Source of the DNA: a bacterium
GTDB lineage: Bacteria > Patescibacteriota > Minisyncoccia > Phycocordibacterales > UBA12088
Length of the DNA: 64,000 bases
Assembly (NCBI GenBank): GCA_003252295.1
Contig: QKEV01000017.1
Span: 34,931-98,930, forward strand
Direction of reading: 5' to 3'
Positions 58,744 through 64,000 of this stretch are shown in pieces; the first letter of the stretch is position 1, and each line of letters begins with the position of its first letter. The position numbers and the translations under genes were made by a program. Below the pieces are notes generated by a model. The model ran no database searches, was not told where the DNA came from, and saw nothing but the letters and a program-made list of their open reading frames with translations.

Positions 58744-60216
58744 ATGAACGACATTGACTTCCCTATTCCGCCCGAGGTTACACGTGTAACAAATACATTG
58801 AACGAGGCAGGATACGACGCATACCTTGTTGGAGGATGTGTTCGTGACATGGTACTGGGAAAACAACCAAAAGATTGGGATATCACCACAAACGCACACC
58901 CTGACCAAATACAGGCGCTTTTTGAAGAAACCTACTACAACAATGACTTTGGTACCGTGGGTGTTGTTTTTGAAGATGCATCTGATCCAACCCTCAAAGT
59001 TATCGAGGTAACTCCGTACCGAAAAGAAGGTACATACTCAGACGCGAGACGTCCGGATACGGTAGAGTTTGGTGTTTCACTTGAAGAAGATCTTGCGCGA
59101 AGAGACTTTACCGTAAACGCAATAGCGTATGACCTTTATAAAGGACATGTTGTTGACCCTTATAAAGGACATGACGATTTGGAGCAAAAACAGCTACGTG
59201 CTGTGGGTGCTCCAGATGAACGTTTCAAAGAAGATGCGCTCCGCATGATGCGTGCAATACGTCTTGGTGCTGAACTCGGTTTTGGTATAGAGCAGAAAAC
59301 CTTTGAGGCAATCACTAATGATTCTCACCTACTCCAAAAGATATCTGCTGAACGTATACGCGATGAGCTCACAAAAACACTTATGTCATCTCAGCCAATG
59401 GAAGCACTGTTACACATGAAACAGACTGGCATACTGCAGTACGTACTTCCTGAACTCCTTCACGGCGTAGATACAGAGCAAAACCATTCACACATCTACA
59501 CCGTTTTTGAACACTTGATTCGCAGTGTACAACATGCAGCCGATAAAGACTTCCCTCTCGAGGTACGTCTTGCTTCCCTTTTACACGATATCGGAAAACC
59601 AAAGAGCCGCAGAACCACTGAAACCGGTGCATACACCTTCTATGGACATGAGGTTAATGGTTCACGTGTAACACGTGAGATACTACAGAGATTACGTTAC
59701 CCAAAAGAAACTGTCGAAAAAGTCGTCAATTTAGTACGCTGGCATATGTTCTTCAGCGATCCTGATAAAATAACCCTTTCTGCTGTACGCAGAATGATTG
59801 TAAACGTTGGAGAAGAAAATATTTGGAATCTCCTGAATGTACGGAGGTGCGACAGAATAGGTTCCGGTAGACCAAAGGAACAGCCATTCAGGTTTAGGAA
59901 ATACCACAGCATGGTAGAAGAAGCACTACGTGATCCTATCTCAGTGGGAAGCTTGAAACTATCTGGTGGTGAGCTTATGGATGTTACACATGAAACTCCA
60001 GGACCACGAGTGGGGAATATGCTCCATGCGCTCCTAGAAGAGGTTTTAGATGATCCAACACTCAATACCATAGAGTACCTCACAAAACGCGCCACAGAGC
60101 TTTCTGAGCTTTCTGATGAGGAGTTACAGCGGCTTGGCAAACAAGGAAAAGAAAAAAGGGAAGAAGCAGAAGAAAAAGAGATTAAAGCACTACGTAAAAA
60201 ACACAATGTTGTTTAG
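58744..60216 (+). CDS. cca: CCA-adding enzyme / tRNA nucleotidyltransferase with HD domain
   Basis: N-terminal Pol-beta NTase head (YLVGGCVRD, DWDITT), the RR/DF..N motif and a C-terminal HD domain (LLHDIGKP). A GTTACACGTGTAAC palindrome lies within codons 12-16. Confidence 0.85.
   Translation: MNDIDFPIPPEVTRVTNTLNEAGYDAYLVGGCVRDMVLGKQPKDWDITTNAHPDQIQALFEETYYNNDFGTVGVVFEDASDPTLKVIEVTPYRKEGTYSDARRPDTVEFGVSLEEDLARRDFTVNAIAYDLYKGHVVDPYKGHDDLEQKQLRAVGAPDERFKEDALRMMRAIRLGAELGFGIEQKTFEAITNDSHLLQKISAERIRDELTKTLMSSQPMEALLHMKQTGILQYVLPELLHGVDTEQNHSHIYTVFEHLIRSVQHAADKDFPLEVRLASLLHDIGKPKSRRTTETGAYTFYGHEVNGSRVTREILQRLRYPKETVEKVVNLVRWHMFFSDPDKITLSAVRRMIVNVGEENIWNLLNVRRCDRIGSGRPKEQPFRFRKYHSMVEEALRDPISVGSLKLSGGELMDVTHETPGPRVGNMLHALLEEVLDDPTLNTIEYLTKRATELSELSDEELQRLGKQGKEKREEAEEKEIKALRKKHNVV
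58777..58790. promoter_or_regulatory. GTTACACGTGTAAC palindrome (copy 1, inside the cca 5' coding region)
   Basis: Perfect 14-bp palindrome matching the cop-box core TACAnnTGTA. Confidence 0.35.
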
Positions 60217-60260
60217 GTTCTAGGTGTTAGGGACTAGGTTATCGTTAACTAGATCCAAAT

Positions 60261-60274
60261 GTTACACGTGTAAC
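60261..60274. promoter_or_regulatory. GTTACACGTGTAAC palindrome (copy 2)
   Basis: Perfect 14-bp palindrome 45 nt after the cca stop. Confidence 0.4.
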
Positions 60275-60433
60275 ATGGTGCATTGATGTGTTTACATCAT
60301 ACAAACCATTTTACCCACTTACCGTACGCAAGCTTCTGCGTAAAAGGATACTACAGATGTTTTTACATCTGTAGTAATAGTTCACTTGAACCATTATTTT
60401 CTGAACCAGCGTTGTTACACGTGTAACTAAAAA

Positions 60434-60483
60434 CCACCATGCAAAGGTGGTTACACGTGTAACATACTGTAAACGGAAAACCC
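60434..60483. promoter_or_regulatory. two GTTACACGTGTAAC palindromes (copies 3 and 4) flanking a hairpin
   Basis: Copies at 60434..60447 and 60470..60483 bracket aaccacc-atgcaaa-ggtggtt. The rho-independent terminator aaaaccccgcc-aaaaaa-ggcggggt follows at 60494..60519. Confidence 0.45.
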
Positions 60484-60837
60484 CGCCAAAAAAGGCGGGG
60501 TAAGAAAAAGCCGCTGCTGTTCCTTTGACAGGTCAGAAAGGGGGCTCGTTTAGAATATTTGGCTAAGTTGAGCGCTCTTTGTGACCTATCAGAGGGCAAT
60601 GTTAAGACAGAGGTCTATTATTGCGGCGGCGGCTTTTATGAGCTGGGGGCTGCTACATATTTTATTGTATTGAAGTATTTTTTGGCTTATGTAACTCTTT
60701 TGTATTCTATAGTAGAGTGTTTGAATAAAAAATATTTTTGTTTGAGTGGAAACATCTACTCTCAACAAAAGTATTTTACTTTTGCCATAATAACTTCGAA
60801 AGAACTATTTTCTCTAAAGAACAATTGTTCCGCAGAG

Positions 60838-60889
60838 ATAGGTGGTACGTTCTTGGTACGATTCTTCACACGAAGAACGTACCACCTAT
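60838..60889 (+). other. perfect 17-bp-stem hairpin in an ~850-bp gene-free region
   Basis: ataggtggtacgttctt-(18 nt loop)-aagaacgtaccacctat, followed by a T-rich tract. No credible ORF spans this region. Confidence 0.4.
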
Positions 60890-61070
60890 TTCTTTGGAAT
60901 CACCATCACGCTGGTCTAAGTACTAGTATATATATACTTAAGGACACGTAAAGGACATATGTGGGGATAATTGTGGATAAGTGTCCTTTATAATAAAAGT
61001 GGTGTGTTTACAACGTAAAAAACCCTCTGCAGATATGCTCTACAGAGGGTTATGTACATTTTCTCAACTA

Positions 61071-61841
61071 CTATATCTTAAGTTCGATACTTATTGGGCA
61101 ATGATCACTACCAAGTAGTTCCGAATGTATTGTGCTACGTACATGTTTTGCCATGAGGTCAGGGGAGAGGAAAAGATAATCTATTCTCCATCCCACATTT
61201 CTATCACGTGCATGTGTTTTCATATCCCAGTACGTGTACATATCCGCCTTCTCTGGATACTTTGCACGAAAGCTATCTACCCAACCATGCGCTACCACCT
61301 CATCGAGCCATGCTCGCTCTTCGGGTAAGAATCCCGTATTCTCTTTATTTTCACGAGGTCGTGCAAGATCTATCTCCTCATGTGCAGTGTTTACATCACC
61401 TCCCCATACAACAGGGTTTTTTTTACGTAATCCTTCAACATACTCCAAAAAAGCTTCATAAAACTCAAGCTTATATGCAAGTCTGTCCGGACCTTGACCG
61501 CCGTTAGGGAAGTAGCAGTTCACCACTGTAATATTCTTAAAAAATACAGTAACAATACGCCCTTCCTGGTCATACTCTGGTTTCTGCATACCATAGGTAA
61601 CTTCTATTGGCATCTCTTTTGTGTATATAGCTGTACCGCTGTATCCCTTGCGTGTTTGTGAAGCGTTGAAATATGAGTGATATCCCAGGGCAATTTGCAC
61701 ATCGCTGGGTACTTGTTCTTGTTCGGCTTTTGTCTCTTGAACGAGGAGTACATCAGGGGACACCTGCTGCAGCATTGGCTCAAACAACCCTTTACGAGCC
61801 ACTGCACGCAAGCCATTTACGTTCCAACTAGCTATTTTCAT
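61071..61841 (-). CDS. xthA: exodeoxyribonuclease III
   Basis: MKIASWNVNGLRA start, QETK, YTYWD...R..N.G.RID and a C-terminal SDHCPI motif. Start set at the internal ATG at 61841. The longer ORF adds an improbable hydrophobic N-terminus. Confidence 0.9.
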   Translation of the reverse strand: MKIASWNVNGLRAVARKGLFEPMLQQVSPDVLLVQETKAEQEQVPSDVQIALGYHSYFNASQTRKGYSGTAIYTKEMPIEVTYGMQKPEYDQEGRIVTVFFKNITVVNCYFPNGGQGPDRLAYKLEFYEAFLEYVEGLRKKNPVVWGGDVNTAHEEIDLARPRENKENTGFLPEERAWLDEVVAHGWVDSFRAKYPEKADMYTYWDMKTHARDRNVGWRIDYLFLSPDLMAKHVRSTIHSELLGSDHCPISIELKI

Positions 61842-61998
61842 AGCTAGTACTATACCACGTTGTATGAAAATACCTATTTTTAGCCATATTTTCTGTTTTT
61901 TGTACCAATATATATTGACAAATATGTATAGTAATGTTATACTACAAGCAGAATATACAACTACTTGAAACTCAAAATCAAAGCCGGAGGATACTGCT

Positions 61999-62508
61999 AT
62001 GAAAAATATACTTATAATTTCCGCTATTATCGTCACTCTCATTTCTTCATCTTTTTTTGCAACTACTGCTGAGGCAGGAAATAAAGGTAGAAGAAACACC
62101 GCGATTATCGTAAGTGCTTTTGTAGCGGCACTGATAGGTACTTCAGCAAGAGGTTCTTATCGACAAAACGTTCCATGTAACGTGGCATATGATCAGTACG
62201 GGAGACCGTTCTGTATAGAACCACAGCAAGTTGTTGTACACAGAGCCCCTATACAGCGGGAAGTGTACGTCAACAACGGTTATAGTACGTATCAAAACAA
62301 CTATCAGGATGATAGTAGCGTAGGGAGTTACTACTCTGACGCGTACCAAAGGGAAAGTCAAAAATTGCAGGAAAGAAAGGACCGAGCTATTCGGGACTAC
62401 CAAGAATGCAAGGGGAGGGTAAAGGCACAAAGAAGCATTGGCTACAGAAATGTAGAGGACTGCTCAGGGTACGGAAACAGAGTGAGGGAGTTTAGTAGAA
62501 GATGGTAG
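61999..62508 (+). CDS. secreted hypothetical protein
   Basis: Signal peptide (MKNILIISAIIVTLISSSFFATTAEA) and a Tyr/Gln/Asn/Arg-rich mature part with four Cys. SD ggagga. Confidence 0.5.
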   Translation: MKNILIISAIIVTLISSSFFATTAEAGNKGRRNTAIIVSAFVAALIGTSARGSYRQNVPCNVAYDQYGRPFCIEPQQVVVHRAPIQREVYVNNGYSTYQNNYQDDSSVGSYYSDAYQRESQKLQERKDRAIRDYQECKGRVKAQRSIGYRNVEDCSGYGNRVREFSRRW

Positions 62509-62524
62509 ATCTTTTGTACTTTAT

Positions 62525-62551
62525 AAGGCCGTTGCGTTTCGCAGCGGCCTT
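62525..62551. terminator. bidirectional terminator
   Basis: aaggccgttgcg-tttc-gcagcggcctt hairpin between convergent genes. Confidence 0.55.
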
Positions 62552-62566
62552 ATTACGTTGTTACAG

Positions 62567-63442
62567 CTACTCTGTGGAACCAACACACTCCTCTATACCA
62601 CCAATATACTTCTCCATAGTGCTTTCATGCTGGTAACCTACCTTCTCCTTAAGAACAGTTGCATCTGTTTCACCACTCAAAAGGCCGGCTACATACATGT
62701 TTCGGAAGCTCTGCGGGGTAACACGCACTTCGACACTCGCTCGTTCTGCGCACTGTTTTACAATACGTTGTACTGACCGAGGGGTTAAACGGAAACTACT
62801 ACTTCGCTTACCATTGTTCACAAACAGGGCATCATCAGTATCTTTTCTTCCAAGCAAGTAGGACTCAAGTGCTTCTACACACTCCGGAAGAAGATCCACG
62901 GTACGTTGCACCTTTCCCATAACACTGAGTTTTGTACGTTGAAAAGCACTCCTGTTGAGGGCACATAGTTCACCCACCTTTACCCCTGTTGTACCGAGTA
63001 GCAAAAGAATGGCTCTATCTCTATATGATTTTCCATCTACACCAGTAATAGTCTGGTACATACTCCAAAAATCACCTTCATTTGCGACAGAGAGCGGTAT
63101 GTTCAATGATTGCTCGAGAGTCACCTCTTTTGGCAACAAAGTGTTGTGACCACACTTTTTTAGGTACGCTAAAAATACACGTAGTGCAACAAGGTGGTAA
63201 TTTTGCGTCTTTACCGACAAGGTTTCATTTCTTTGTGTCTCAACACTGAACACGTTTTGTTCTTTCAGCCAAACACGAAACATGTTTACTGACTCAGGGG
63301 AGATGGCACGCACATGTTCCACCTGTGTCACCTTTAGAAACCTATCAAGGTATCGGGTGTAGTTTTCAATGGTTTTTTTACTCTTCTTGTTCTGTGCAAG
63401 GTGTTTTAAAAAACCCTCTTTGAGTGTAGTGATCTCATTCAT
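62567..63442 (-). CDS. tyrosine recombinase (XerC/XerD-like integrase)
   Basis: N-terminal SAM-like core-binding domain (TIENYTRYLDRFLK). C-terminal catalytic domain with R...K...HxxR (SFRN) and a terminal HESTMEKY tyrosine. Confidence 0.7.
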   Translation of the reverse strand: MNEITTLKEGFLKHLAQNKKSKKTIENYTRYLDRFLKVTQVEHVRAISPESVNMFRVWLKEQNVFSVETQRNETLSVKTQNYHLVALRVFLAYLKKCGHNTLLPKEVTLEQSLNIPLSVANEGDFWSMYQTITGVDGKSYRDRAILLLLGTTGVKVGELCALNRSAFQRTKLSVMGKVQRTVDLLPECVEALESYLLGRKDTDDALFVNNGKRSSSFRLTPRSVQRIVKQCAERASVEVRVTPQSFRNMYVAGLLSGETDATVLKEKVGYQHESTMEKYIGGIEECVGSTE

Positions 63443-63519
63443 ACGAACAGTGTCGCACTATATTTAAAAACTGAAAAGTGTCAGGTAGTAAAGTTATACA
63501 CAACCTTTTGTAAGAAAAC

Positions 63520-63795
63520 TTGCAATGAGAAAAAAGGGGAGTATCATAATAGGTAGATTTCTTACCGACGAATATTCATTCCCACACCCAGTGCCGCAAG
63601 GCACACCCGTTCCTTCTTGGCCTACGGGCCGCCCTTATACAATCCTCTCGCATGCGAGAGGATTACTTTTTTGTAGCTTTTTTACCAATGTACGCTATAC
63701 TCACCTTGGGAGTTGGCTCAAGACATTGATCATCAACGGCTTGCAACGTCTTGCCAACATGAGCGCTGGTGCCCCCTTCACCAGCGCTTTTTTCT
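63520..63795 (+). ncRNA. candidate structured non-coding transcript upstream of rpsO
   Basis: No ORF with an RBS. GNRA and UNCG tetraloop hairpins (gtgcc-gcaa-ggcac, ggcc-tacg-ggcc), the palindrome aatcctctcgcatgcgagaggatt, and the intrinsic terminator agcgctggtg-ccccctt-caccagcgct + T6 at 63762..63794. Confidence 0.25.
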
Positions 63796-63886
63796 TGCAA
63801 AAAGAGTCAGAATGCCGTAGGATACTTCACTGGCACTGAAAGTACAGTACTTGCGCTTTCTTTTAAAATGTGCTAAAGTAAGAAAC

Positions 63887-64000
63887 ATGTTAACAGCAAG
63901 AAAGAAACAAAACGTAATTAAGAATACGAAGCGACACGACACAGACACTGGTTCACCAGAGGTACAGGTTGGTCTTCTCACCAAAAAAATTGATGAGCTC
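63887..64000 (+). CDS. rpsO: 30S ribosomal protein S15 (5' partial, runs off the window)
   Basis: MLTARKKQNVIKNTKRHDTDTGSPEVQVGLLTKKIDEL matches the uS15 N-terminal helix (DTGS.EVQVALLT..I..L). It has no stop inside the window, which is why the ORF track missed it. Confidence 0.7.
   Translation, partial: MLTARKKQNVIKNTKRHDTDTGSPEVQVGLLTKKIDEL

Noticed and set aside
60363-60951. ORFs 60363..60599 (-) and 60559..60951 (+)
   Set aside because: No RBS. The translations are low-complexity (CGGGFY..., poly-F/Y/L). They span a terminator and a 17-bp-stem hairpin. The region is more likely non-coding.
60958-60985. oriC call based on a perfect DnaA-box reverse complement TGTGGATAA
   Set aside because: There is only one perfect and one degenerate box, no dnaA gene in the window, and no box cluster. 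That is insufficient for an origin call. It is noted only as something to test with GC skew.
62567-63442. Integrase as a marker of a prophage or integrative island
   Set aside because: No other phage or mobile genes or att-like repeats flank it within the window, and the neighbours are housekeeping genes (xth, rpsO). It is more likely a Xer-type chromosomal recombinase. I could not link it to the tRNA-flank insertions, which are ~8-10 kb away.
63525-63984. ORFs 63525..63839 (+) and 63778..63984 (-)
   Set aside because: The plus ORF runs through an intrinsic terminator hairpin, has no RBS and has a non-protein-like composition. The minus ORF is antisense to the rpsO start and leader. The region is treated as non-coding plus the rpsO 5' end.

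Overview
This 64-kb window looks like part of a small, AT-rich bacterial chromosome. Gene content is consistent with a reduced-genome, CPR/Patescibacteria-like organism, but nothing in the sequence proves that. Genes are tightly packed and short. Nearly every convergent or tandem gene junction carries a perfect rho-independent hairpin.

Core genes recognised: the str operon (rpsL-rpsG-fusA), tig, ppa, nusA, a type IV pilus module (pilB, pilC, three prepilins and one large pilin-like gene), a split ComEC (channel domain and MBL domain encoded as separate genes), NAD-malic enzyme, sodA, rnhA, recJ, a D-Ala-D-Ala carboxypeptidase, a HIT protein, pgk-tpiA, rpmB, an M50 protease, clpP, thrC, rarA, an M19 dipeptidase, hup, rny, mscS, an ECF sigma with an anti-sigma-like partner, an HxlR regulator paired with an FMN reductase, yraN, rdgB, cspA, cca, xth, a tyrosine recombinase, and the 5' end of rpsO. 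There are four tRNA genes (Gly-TCC, Pro-TGG, Gly-GCC, Arg-TCG), all on the minus strand.

The most notable candidate for a new system is a compact minus-strand operon. A radical-SAM enzyme with a twitch/SPASM-like domain (50402..51349) is followed 23 nt downstream by three tandem small ORFs, each with a strong Shine-Dalgarno site. The three ORFs overlap in three reading frames and share an N-terminal motif MA[FI]x[AP][VT][AT]T[RK][SG][HC][FN][VI]PRP. A TrmB-like regulator is divergently transcribed. This looks like a RiPP-type precursor plus rSAM maturase cluster.

Other non-obvious structure: a repeat family sits downstream of all four tRNA genes and includes a perfect 62-bp direct duplication of terminator plus tRNA 3' end around a 142-bp insert. 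There are four copies of the perfect palindrome GTTACACGTGTAAC, which is cop-box-like (TACAnnTGTA). A SixA-type histidine phosphatase is fused to a Pol-beta nucleotidyltransferase domain. Two membrane-anchored coiled-coil proteins share a novel C-terminal domain, and one of them is the translationally coupled partner of the ECF sigma. Identical 30-bp hairpins flank the FMN-reductase/HxlR pair. There are tandem ~93-bp intergenic repeats and several candidate structured non-coding regions.
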